Shown here: positions 12,042 through 23,393 of the stretch, one piece after another
Numbering within the stretch: position 1 is the first letter of the stretch
How the letters are laid out: each line of letters begins with the position of its first letter
DNA from: Neoconidiobolus thromboides FSU 785
Taxonomy: Eukaryota > Fungi > Entomophthoromycota
Direction of reading: 5' to 3'
DNA: 34,171 nt
Assembly (NCBI GenBank): GCA_025603075.1
Contig: MU626462.1
Location: 1-34,171 of the forward strand
The notes under the pieces: generated by a model
Told to the model about the DNA's origin: nothing
What the model saw: the letters and a program-made list of their open reading frames with translations, nothing else
The model's database searches: none
Made by a program: the position numbers and the translations under genes

Positions 12042-12546
12042 ATATGGTATATTGGTTCTATTAAAACTTGATCTCCACATTGCTCCAGTCAACTACAGTT
12101 CCTTATTTTAAATATTTTTTGCTCAGATTTTTACTTTTGTATCTTAGATATTTTTAATTTTTGGTGGCCTTACTTCAGCTCTATCAAGAACTATTAAAAG
12201 ATTACTGCTTAAACCACTTTCCAAGTTGTTTGATTACAGCTCTTTCAAGGATATTGGCTTTATGAAAGTTATACGTCAGCTCTTTTTTTAAAACTTCAAT
12301 TATTATTGAAAATGTAAATAGTCATGATTAAGTTTTACTTGCTTTATGAAAAATTGGAAGTACCTATTATTTTCTACAATTCAATTTATAAATCAGAAAG
12401 TTCAAATATTAATTTTCAATTCAAAAATATTAGTTTTATAAAAACTCGATAGTTTAATTCATTACAAAATTATACAAAACCACTTCAATGTGTTAGACAA
12501 AAATTTTCTTAATTCGAGATTGAATTAAACTAATACTTTAGATTCA

Positions 12547-15500
12547 TTAGTTAGATGCTTGTATGACATATTTAAGACGGGGGAGGTTAACTTGAGGTGG
12601 ACAGAATTTTTCAACCTCTACATTCTTTCCAGAAAAGTGAGCTCTAAAATCAATGGGTATACGGAAGGGTAATGTTTCTAAAAATAATGTATCATTCTTT
12701 TCCGATATTGCCGCTCTCCTAGCTACCTCTTTAACAATTTCGATTGGAATTGGATTCTCAAACTCAGTCAAATAATAAATTGAAATTAATTTCTTAATTT
12801 GGCCTGTATTTAACAGGTGGCATACCTCATACAAGATGTCCAAATCTTGTAATGAATTCTTTTGAAGCTGTAAGAGTTTAGCGGCTTGCATTAACTGCTC
12901 TAGATTCGTTGCTTCTTGCTCAATTCCCTTTCCAGTACACCATTCTTCAATTCTTGTTACATTGTATTGGATTTGCATTCCTCTTTTCCAAGAGCAGAAA
13001 TTTTTCCTAAAAAATTTATCAATAGCTGTTGTTTTATCAAATAATAAAATTTTACCTCATAATAATATGATTGAAAGACAAAACTCCTATAAAGTTTAAC
13101 AAATGCTCCAAGATATGTTCAGTGACTATTTTATCAACAAAATAATAGTTCAAGGTATTGGTTAAGATAGAGAAAAAATTAATGGCATGATCAATAGTGA
13201 TAGAGCTCTGCGTTTGGCCAATAAGCTTATTAAAGAATCCAGTTTCATTTGATACAAAACCAGGTAATGATTGATTTTCCACAACCGCAGGTATTGTAAT
13301 TTTACCCAATCGTTTTTGAAGCTCTTTGAGCCAAACAGCTGTAATTTCAGAAAGTAGAAGATTTAAGCCTTTGACAGCATCCCCAATCACTTGCTGTGGA
13401 TCCAATCGATCTTCGTTATCCATGGCTTCTGACTCTGAGCTGACTTCCATATCATTACTAGCAGTAAGTAAAATGGTGAGCAATTCTGACATGTTTGAAA
13501 ACCAAAAGGCAAATATAAAATCACCATCTCCTTTTTCTATTATGCCTCGAATTGAAAACATTACATCAGAAACTAAACCGCTGATTTGATTTGTCAAATC
13601 ATACTTATACATTTGTATAATACACATTCCTATCATATGAGCAGGGAATAATATTTCTTGAGAACTACGTGGATTTTCAAAGTTTGGAAGTGGGATATTT
13701 AATTTGTCAATAAGTCCTGAAACGATTTCTTCAACAAGTGTTTCACTTTCAAGAACTGTTTGTAATGTTTCCCCATTCTCTGGCTTAATATCAATATGCT
13801 CTTGTGGTGGTGTGAAAAAGGAAGTGAGAGGGTTCCAAGAATTTCTATTAGCCCTTAAATCAATTGACCTTACAGATGAACGATTCAATCTCTTTTTCAT
13901 ACTATTTGGTGACAAAAGAGGCTCAGGAACTTGACCTTGACCACTTCCAAATCCTAAGGTCTCTGATCTTCGATGATTAGTCATATTATAATAGTCTCCA
14001 GTACCTTCAATCATTGTAACTGTGCTACTCTTACTGCTAAGTGTAGCATTTGTAGGCATCTCTCTAATTTGGCGGGCTCTACGGGTTTCTTCGAGTACAT
14101 CTTTAAGTTCACTGATTTCCATCTTAAGTTTTAAAACCTCTTCTGAATCTCCGTTAACTATAGGGGTTGATTTCAACTCTTCTATTGAAGCTTGGTTTTG
14201 TTCTAAAACTGTATTTAATTCCTTAATTTTATTTTCTTTCTCTTCAAGTTCTTTTTGGGCCGCTTGTTGTTCCTGTTGGAGTCTTAGGTTTTCTTGCTTC
14301 ATAAGCGCTAATTCTTCATCCTTTTTAATAAGCATGTCACTCTTAGTTATCAACTCTTGATTGCTTTCAATGATCTTTTGATATTTACTCTTCCAAGAAT
14401 CAATTTCATCTTCTAAAATATTGGCTTTATTTGTCATTTCTTTCAAGTCTGAATCTTTGGCTGTAAGTTGTTGACTTATACTTATGATCTTATTTTCTAA
14501 TTTAGACGATGTATCTTTAAGATGTTTGACTGATTTAGCCTCAACTTTAAGCACCCTAAGCTCTTTTTTTGCCAAAACACGTCTGTAGCATGATTGGATA
14601 AGTATAATAAGTTGGATCTGTCTCTTGTACTTAGTACGCGAAATACTAAATATTGGTTAAATTATTAATAATTTAGGATGGAAAAAATCTTACTATCGCT
14701 TACAAAGAGCTTGAATTTTAGAAGCCATTGTGTTTTCTCTAAACGCTTTGTAACTAACTCTTGAAATATGACCACGGATACCTAAATAATGAGCATAGTT
14801 CGCTATAACAATACAAAAACTTACGGCTCTGAAGTAAGATAACAGAGGATCGACGAGCTTGATATTGCTTCTTTGCAAGGTAGGCACGAGAAAGGGTTTG
14901 AATGGATTTAATAGCTTGAGATTTCTGGAATAAAATTTTAAGCTTATTGGCTACTTTATAAACATTGATTGCTTTGCTGACAATTGAAGAGAACCTCAAT
15001 CTTAAATAGTGCGTACGGCAAAGCATTCTTCGAACATTTTTTTGAATGAATATAGCACAGTTATTGATCTTGTCATTTCTCATTTTTTCGAGGTAAGCAA
15101 GCTAATAAAAATGTCAGCTAATTTAAAGATAATGGTTTTTAAATTACTTGTCCAGCTCTAAAGAAAACTTTAGTTGCACCAATTTGGAACTTGTCTGGGT
15201 CAACAAGGAAATCTTCTAAAATCAATTTACATGTTTTCATCACATCATCATTCCATTTACGATATGGCAATATTATATAATATCTTCAAAAATTAACATT
15301 GATTTTAATTTTATGCTAACAGATTACCTTTGAACAAATTCTTCAATAGCCCTTCTAGAAGGGTAGCCGCTACATGAGATTCTAATGGTTTCTAGGACAC
15401 CACAAGCTCTAAGTTGAGAAAGTACCATTTTATTATCAAATAACCAAGGCTCTTTTGCTTCATTCGGTTTGATACAACGAATATAATGGACATTTGTTTT

Positions 15501-17854
15501 ACTAATTGTTTCCATTAAACTATTCAAAGAAAGCTAAAAATCACTTAAACTTGATTAAAATTAACGAAAATATATTATTTACTTTAAATACAGAACCAAG
15601 GGTTTGTTTTTTGGAAGCTGCCTGTCTAGACCCTGTTGGTTTCCCGATAGTTTTCTAAACAAAGGTTAATTATTAGCATATCAATGAGATGCTAAACTTA
15701 CTGGCTCAGGAATTGGTGAAGTAGTGTCAGGAAGGATATCCTTAATAAACTCACTCTTTGAATTTTGGAAAACGGCCAAGATTTCGTCTGGCACTGTGTC
15801 TCGATTCTTTTCTAAGAAACCTTCTGATTCATAAGTTACATCATGGGCATAATGAGAAATGGTAAAAGCAGTAGTTCCAAATCGAGGTTTACTAAAGTAT
15901 TTTTCATTTGCTGGGATAGCTAAATTCTCATAAAGCTTTCCAACAAAGCCTTCATCAGACCCAGATGGAAGTCGACTCTGTTCATCCAACAAAGAAAGCA
16001 CACCAAGTTTGCTTTCTATTATTTCAATACAAGGCTTATTATCACTGAATTCAATAAAAGTCCAATTGATTTGTTCTTTTACATATTCTTCTTGTTCAAG
16101 TTTAAACACATGTTGATTGAATTGTTGTTGTAATTTTTCATTAGCATAATTAATACAAAACTGTTCAAAGGAGTTCTTTTGAAAGTGCTCAAAACCATAA
16201 ATATCTAAAACTCCAATAAAAGAACGGATTTGAGACTCATCTGTGTGACTAAGTTTTTCATTAGTGCGTTTAATAAGCCAATCAAAAAGATTGGAATAAA
16301 GGAATTTTGCTGTTGAATCCCTTACAACTGTGGATTGAGATAGAGATAAGTTGGAAATAATTTTATCGTTCCTTGTAATAATTTGTTTTTTCATTAACCA
16401 CTTACGGAACTCAGCTTTCGCTATCTGTAACAAATCACACACTATATTTAATGCTGAGTCGCTATCTGATATATTGGCTCCACTTTTATCACTTCCTCCA
16501 ATCACAATGTTACCCATATGTAATAAAGCTGCACAAAGTTGATAAATTTCCCATTGGCTATTTTCATCGATTCCTACAACACCTAATGCTTCGCTGGTAA
16601 TTTTAAACTCTTCTTTGTCATCCACTCCATTGATGGTAAATTGACCACCTTGTTTTAAGTAATGGTAATCTTCTGCATTGGTTAAATGGAATTGTTCTTT
16701 TTTATCCGCTGGCGCTCCTGAGCAAAGCTAAAAATAAATAATTTGATATAAAATAAATGAAATGAATTACCTGATAAAAAATATGATAATTTCTTTCTGT
16801 TTCTGGTTGAAATATCAACCTTGATCTTTCTAAAAGATAAGTTCTTATCTTTGCACCTCTAATATTGATATCTTTATCGAATTGAATCTGTAATAAAAAG
16901 AATAAACTTGTGATATAATAAAATAAGTGAATAAAATTACTTCAATGTATTTACCAAATCGAGATGAATTATCGTTTCTGGTTGTTTTAGCGTTACCAAA
17001 AGATTCTAAAATAGGATTGGTAGCTAATATCTGTCTTTCAGTTTCACTCATCCCAGAGTCGCCTAATCAAATGTCAATTTATTTTTATTTTGGTTTCAAC
17101 TTTCATTACCTGACTTGACTGAATTAACATCCAAATTAACTGAAGCAAAATACCTCATAATAAATTTGGCACTAACTGTTTTACCTGCTCCGCTATAAAA
17201 ATAATCCGCTTTTAAAACTTAGTTAAATGAAAAAAGCAAATAAATTACGATTCTCCAGAAACAATTACGGTTTGGTTGACACTGTCTTTAATCATACAAC
17301 GATAAGCATCTTCGGCAATAGCAAACAGATGGGGCTCCATGTCACCCCTGTCTTTTCCAGAATAAGCTCTAATAACCTCTGGAGAATAAAGATTGACCTT
17401 TTGAAACGGATTGGTGGCAATCAAAACAATACCGGAATAGGTATAAATGTTATTTTGAGCATAACGAACACCAATGTTATGCAAAACTTTAAAAATAAGT
17501 TGAATGTTATATTTAATAGAATCTTTTTACCAGCTGGTTCGTGTAGATAACTTAAATTGGTTAAATCATCAATTCCCTCTAAAAGTGGTGGATTTTTTAA
17601 ATGCGGAAGATCCTCTTTTCCTATCCTCACTTGGCGCGAAATAGCCTCTCCTTCCTCATCTACCAAAGTAAAAGTTGCTACGTCATTCTCTACTACTTTA
17701 CTTTCAATGGTTGCTGCCTTCCAGCCTATCTCTTTATCCTCTAACCAAACTTTGGTATCCTAAATGAAATGAAATTGTAAATTTAAAATTTTATTCAATC
17801 CTGTTTTTTACTCACTTTAACGTAGACATCCAAAGATACGGAATTATTAGACAT
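12547..17854 (-). CDS. MYO2: Class V myosin heavy chain (Myo2-like), multi-exon
   Basis: ATG 17854 ([13 protein letters not shown]); [13 protein letters not shown]; [15 protein letters not shown]; P-loop GES|GAGKT split by an intron; [16 protein letters not shown]; [28 protein letters not shown]; HYIRCIKPN; six IQ positions; coiled coil; DIL-type tail ([13 protein letters not shown]); stop 12549-12547. Confidence 0.95.
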
Positions 17855-18069
17855 ATAAAAAACCTAAATAATATGATAGATTGATTAGGTATAAATTTAA
17901 ACTCCATCAAGTATCATACCTCTATTTTAAAAAACCAACTTTAATTTTTAATTTACAATGTTAATAAAATCTCTTGTTGAGAGTACTATTAGTTTTTAGA
18001 ATTAAAGCTTGTTCACTATATATATTTTTAAAAAAATAGATGACAATTAGAATTTATTTCTACAAATTA

Positions 18070-18300
18070 ATTGGAACATTGAGATTGAGTTGCCAATTTA
18101 AGACTTAAACCAATCAATTGGTAACTCACTGTTCGTTAGTTTTTTAGATTGCAAACGTTGATTGGTTTATGAAGCCAATCTTTCATTTCTCAAAGTTGGT
18201 TTTTAATTTATAGTAGAACTTGGTTCATTCTTTTCATTTATTTATTCCGATTTCTCCATGTTTTTGTCCCTTCTAGAAGAAATTATAGTGACTTGATTGG
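18070..18300. promoter_or_regulatory. Cluster of CCAAT/ATTGG motifs upstream of the myosin V gene
   Basis: ATTGG at 18070, 18117, 18161, 18296; CCAAT at 18093, 18110, 18175. These lie 216-446 bp upstream of the myosin ATG. Confidence 0.4.
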
Positions 18301-18900
18301 CTAAATAAAAAGTTTATTTTCACCTATTCTTTTGTAAAAACTAATACTGTAAAAATAAACAGAAGTTTATTAATAGTATCTATTATTAAGAATAATATTT
18401 TAAGTATAACTTTTGTCATTATTGTTGTATGTCAAAAGTAAAAGGACTCACAATAAATTAAATAATTTTGAATAGTGCTTGATAAAAAGACTTTTTACTT
18501 TTTATCGGTAATAAAAATCATATTTAATTTAGTAATAACATTATTATAAGTTTAAATTAATATAGTAGGAGTAAAAAAAATTAGATATACAAGAAATTTG
18601 ATAAATCATTCTTTAAATAGGATAAATTAATATTATAAAGACGTTCTATATAAGATACTAAAAAATAAACTATATTGGGAAATTTATTTTAATTTTTTTG
18701 AAATGTTTACAAAATTGGTTAAATAAGTAAAGATTCGGACCATATTAATGAAAGTAATTCATTTTGTTCGAATAAAAATGTGTAATATTTCAATTGCAGT
18801 CATACCAACATTAATAGTCAATATCTTAAATATAAATAACAATCACAGATTTTGGCCATGTCTTAATTTTTATTTGGATAATAATACACTAGAATAAGCT

Positions 18901-19902
18901 TTATACAGCTCCATTTGGAGTTAGAAAAGCAGCCCCTAAACAATAAATAAATAAAATAAAAATAAGAATAAAACTATACCATTAGCATAACCATAGCCCT
19001 AGACAAAATAAACAAATGATTTTAATAAACTAAATTGAAACTTACTTTAGGTCCAAACTCTCTTGAATAACATTGTTTACAAAATATTTCGTTATTATGC
19101 TCATTTAAGTTACTGTTTTCAATCCTTTTATTGCACTTGAAGCATCGACTACAATCTAAGTGGTATTTTTTATTGCCCACTGTTAACTAATTTTGTTTAT
19201 ATTATATTCTGTTTGCTCTCAAATAAATAAACCTACCATCTCATTCATGTAAACATTTTTATTGCACTTTACACATGTATCAGACTTGACAATAAACCTT
19301 TTGGCTACTGGTGATGGGTTTCTAGCAAAAATAGAAGGTTTTGGTGCTGGAATAAACTCTTCCTTCTTAAAACTTGAAACTGGGGAACTAGGTAATACAT
19401 CTTGATTTATTAGTTCTCTACTTTGTATAAAATTGTTTGGTGTTTGAATCATAGGTGAGTTTTCAATTGAGTCAATATCATTGTTTATACTCATTGAAAT
19501 ATTGTTAGTATCATTGCTAGTATTGGTATCATTTATGTCATCTGTTTTGTAAACTCCTGTTGTTAAAAAGGAGCTTCCATTAGCAAACCCATAACCTAAT
19601 GAATATTAAATAAATCAAATAATAAATAAGTAAGTTATTACCCTTTGGTCCGAAATTTTTAGCATAGCATGCTTTACAATAAATCTAACAAAATAAATAT
19701 CACTTTGTTTTCTATAATAGAAATAACTTACTTCTGAGTTTTTTTCGGTTAGCAGAGTTGAATCCAATTTTTTCTTACATATAAAACATTTGAAGCACTG
19801 ATCATGATAAATTAAGCCTCCAGGTCCAATAACTTGCTCCACATGGTATACGCTCTTTTTACACTTACAGCATTTGGGCGATTCTGGTACTTTAAATCCC
19901 AT
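18901..19902 (-). CDS. Two-LIM-domain cysteine/glycine-rich protein (CRP/CSRP-like)
   Basis: LIM1 CCKCKKSVY...YHDQCFKCFICKKKLD...[21 protein letters not shown]; Asn/Pro-rich linker; LIM2 CVKCNKNVY...YHLDCSRCFKCNKR...IFCKQCYSREFGPKGYGYANG; 19-nt micro-exon 18998-18980; stop 18903-18901. Confidence 0.88.
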
Positions 19903-20263
19903 TGCTTAATAAAATTATATAAAATTAAAAACTATTTCGTGCAATTTTCTAGTTTTTATACCTTTTAATTTTTATTATGCTAAGAGTTTATTGCTTCATT
20001 TTCCCGCTTCAATTACCAAATTTAGACAGTACCTTGGCAAAGGCTTGAATCATTTTAGCATCATTTTATGTGAAATAAATTAAATTATTTTAATTAAATC
20101 CAAATAATTTATCACTAATAAGCTATTTGAACATAATAATTATATTTAAGAAGAGAAAATAATAGGCTTTAAGCATATTGGTCGATTAAAAAATTATTTC
20201 ATCAAAATTTAAACGAATAAATTTTATTATTAAATTAACGAAGATAAGCTGAGATCCTTAATA

Positions 20264-21015
20264 TTATTCCACGTTACATTTTACACCCCCAGTTTTTGTA
20301 TTCAAAATCAATGCTACAATAAGCCCGTACAAACCTAAAACTTCAGCGAAAATTAAAATTAAAACCATGGTTACAAATAACTTGGGTTGTTTGGAATATC
20401 CACGTACACACTAAAGTATTTAAGCAGTTATTTTTCAAAAAAAATAAATATTATTACCGCATCTCCCACAATTCCTATACAATAACCTGCTGCTAAGCCT
20501 GTGAAACCAACGGATAAACCGGAAGCTAAGTGGACCAATCCGCTATAGAAATGTTATAATCAAAACCTAATCTAAAATAAGAAATATTTACGCATAAAGA
20601 GAATAGTCAACACTAGGACCCACTAGAATAAAAATTTAACCAATATCACATGATACAAAAAATAACTCACTGTCTCCAGCAATTAAAACGGAAGCAACTA
20701 AACCATAAACTGCAATGATACCCGCCATCACGACTGGGATTAAACTCTAGTTTAAAGTCATTAGTATAAATTTCTTATTTCTACTTTAATCGTCGCTTAC
20801 TTTCATAATAATATCTGGCTTAAAAGTACCTACACCAGCAATTCCAATACCTGCTTTAGCAGTTCCATAAGCAGCTCCAACGGCTATAATTAAAGGGAAG
20901 AGGGTTAAAGGAATTAAATAATAGATGCCAATTTAAACTTACAACTCAAAACCATAGCAGCGGTAATACCTGCAAACCCAAAGAACGGGGCATAAACTGG
21001 ACATAGGTTGGTCAT
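20264..21015 (-). CDS. VMA11: V-type H+-ATPase 16-kDa proteolipid, most similar to subunit c' (Vma11), 6 exons
   Basis: [24 protein letters not shown]...[24 protein letters not shown]...[16 protein letters not shown]...[22 protein letters not shown], with the proton-binding Glu intact. GTFKP..IMKSLIPVVM is Vma11-like. Includes a 31-nt exon (20622-20592). The c versus c' assignment is less certain than the family call. Confidence 0.85.
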
Positions 21016-21295
21016 CGTTTTATTCTTTTTATATGTTTTAAAATGTAGTTTGTAATTTATAAAATTCAAAAAAAATTTAAGTGATTGCTTTTTAGCCACT
21101 CAGGTGTTTACTCTGAGTTTTTCTATTTTTGATAAAATGGCATGTTATTTGCTGTTAAAATCTACTTGATTGGCAGGTTTTGTTGCAAAATCGTAATGAG
21201 CCCTTGGAATGAAGATTAGAATATAATTTTGTAATTTTATACCATAAAAATAATAGCGAAACAGCACGATAATATAATAAATATTTCTATTTTAT

Positions 21296-22307
21296 TTAAT
21301 TAATTTTTAACAATTGGCGAACTTTTGTATTACGGAATAACAAATTTTGGACTAACGAAAAATTAGCTGACGTTAACCAATAGACGGATAAGGCCTAATA
21401 AGAAATTATTAAAAGCTACAAACTGAATTAAAGTAGTATTACTGAAGGAGACACTATAGCTACTGGGATCATGACTAAAGCCATCCCCCTCAACACATAG
21501 TTAATATATTTTTCGTTTTTATTTACTACTGCTTTTAAGAATAGTTGATTAACCTAATTACAAAAACGTTAAAAAATATTATGTAAGTACGTGATTAATC
21601 TTACTTCAATATTTAACAAATGTGTAGCACCGATCAATATGGGCAAAATATTGGTAGGATCTGGCGCTATTAAGTTTGAAAACCAAGAGTAGCCTCCAAT
21701 GGAAAACTCTTGTAAATGAAAATTATCTAAATCTAAGTCAAATATGGGGTAACCACAAATGGCACGCAACGAGAGGGACATGACTACGAAAAATGGAATT
21801 TGTATTATTGGTAATAAATATATGCTTGCTGGGGAATAATTATATTGCTTATAGATACTTTGGATTTTTGTTTTGTACTAAATATTTAGTAGTGTTAATA
21901 TTTATAATACCATTCTATATAATAATAATACTCACTTCGCTCTTAATAAACCTTTGCATGTTAAATAAATAACCAATTTCATTGACTTTAGCGGTCTGAT
22001 ATTCTTTTTTTAATGTATTTCCCCAGCTTACTAACAATGGCTTCAACTGTCTATATTTTTGGTATTGCTTTTGTTGATAGATAGCTATCGGTAAAGTAAT
22101 AGTAGTACGTAACAATATCGTTGATACACTTATTGTCAACCACCAAGGTAGGTGGGTCATACTTTGTATGTTTTGTAGCAATAGTTGGTTGACGGCTATT
22201 GTGCTATTTAATACAGTTTCTATTGTTGTATATTTTCTAACTTGCGCTTTGTTAGGTATGCTTATTCGACTTGTTGTTCTTAATAGTTGATATGATATGC
22301 GACTCAT
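21296..22307 (-). CDS. COX18: Mitochondrial inner-membrane insertase Cox18 (Oxa1/YidC family), 4 exons
   Basis: Basic presequence-like N-terminus; LPWWLTISVSTILLRTTITLPIAIYQQ; LLPIIQIPFFVVMSLSLR; GGYSWFSNLIAPDPTNILP; ALSVYWLTSANFSLVQN; stop 21298-21296. Confidence 0.82.
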
Positions 22308-22499
22308 TTTTAATTTAATACTGTTGGTTATTTTGGTTAGTAATAGTAATAAAAGTAAACAATAAAAGTAACTGGAAGTGAGATTTGGTTATTTAGGCTT
22401 GAAATCAAAAATTGTATTTTTGCAAATATTACCATTATGAAAATAATAGTTTGTCCAAATTTGGGCCCTAATTCAAAAAAACTTAAATTTTGACTAGGT

Positions 22500-22830
22500 T
22501 TTGAGCTTACCTGGTTATCTTCTCATAGTTAAAATAGGATACTATCTATTATGCAGAGTAGTATTGATACCAACCAAGTCTTCAAAAACACTAACTCGCT
22601 AGTTAAAATATTTTCATACCTTTTAATGATCAGTTTTTGAGCTAAGAACTAAAGGAGCATGGATTTGCATTTAGTTTTTAAGAGCTTGCTTTACAGCTTC
22701 TATAAAAAATTGTTTCTTGCTAGCTTATTTAATAAACTTGGTTATATCAAGACTTTTCACTAGCTTTCAGTTTCACATGTTTGTATTTACAAGGCTAATG
22801 TTTTGAGAAGCCCAAGAAGTTACGTTAGCC
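22500..22830 (-). pseudogene. Possible decayed FAR1/FHY3-type MULE transposase fragment
   Basis: Minus-strand frames NANPCSFSS*LKN*SLKGMKIF*LAS and (after a frameshift) VFEDLVGINTTLHNR*YP resemble 'ENPNFFY..QLD...NVFWAD...FGDVVSFDTTY..N.Y..P'. Confidence 0.35.
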
Positions 22831-23393
22831 CCTGCTCCCTTTTGTTTATTTATTTATTTTGAGCCTTTAATATTTTAAACCCCTTTGTTTTTGTTCCTTC
22901 TTTTTTAAAGTACCATAATAGCATTTAAATAGGGTTGATTGAATAAATTTATGTATAATATTAACTACTAATTCTCTTTTTTTATTCATGTTAAATATGT
23001 AGTAATATAGGAAGTTAACATGTTTAATGAAAAGTGCAATACAAGCTTTTTATAAATAGTATTTGAACATAAATTGAATAGTTAAAAACCTAAACTTGAA
23101 GGTATTTATAATTATTTTTTAACAAAAGAACATGATAGAACATTAAAAGTTTTCTTTATTATTTAATTAAAATCAAACTTTTGTTACAATAATAGTTGTT
23201 ATAACCATGAAATTTATACAGCCAATTTTAAATCAAAAATAATTTATTTTTGCAGCCTTTATTGTCAATTCGCAGATTTTATAATAAAGAAATGATAAAA
23301 AATTAAGTGAGAAACACTTTATACTTATTAGATCCGAATACTGTGTGAGCTATAAATTTTTCCAAGTATTCTGGATATATAAAGTTCAGTAAA

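Larger units (their letters stand above)
9700..12330 (-). pseudogene. Fossil MULE/MuDR-type transposase interrupted by nested insertions (includes copy B, ~11244-11740)
   Basis: Motifs appear in canonical order on the minus strand: GTVVDW (12102-12085); FKLIRFFKAN*SI...SVIGVNNS (D1 site read as AAT, 11677-11675); VTKIDLN...HVICYRL; LYSDK (D2, 11420-11418)...HKFS; K*LL..TQP*S*; T*NQVAELKFN (E, 9871-9869)...KH*KEPYYFALISIR. Many stops and frameshifts. Confidence 0.55.

Noticed and set aside
10963-12045. Inverted MITE pair as the long TIRs of one composite MULE enclosing copy B
   Set aside because: No 9-10 bp TSD outside the pair; each unit has its own 4-bp flanks; the unit after copy A has the opposite relative orientation; MULE-like sequence continues beyond both units.
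13326-17763. Plus-strand ORFs inside the myosin gene (13326, 13704, 14022, 16351, 16927, 17227) and off-frame 17557..17763
   Set aside because: Antisense or alternative-frame shadows of long coding exons; no independent motifs.
20914-21099. N-terminal extension MAKKQSLKFF... on the proteolipid
   Set aside because: Starts at a non-ATG codon in the ORF track; the conserved N-terminus begins at ATG 21015.
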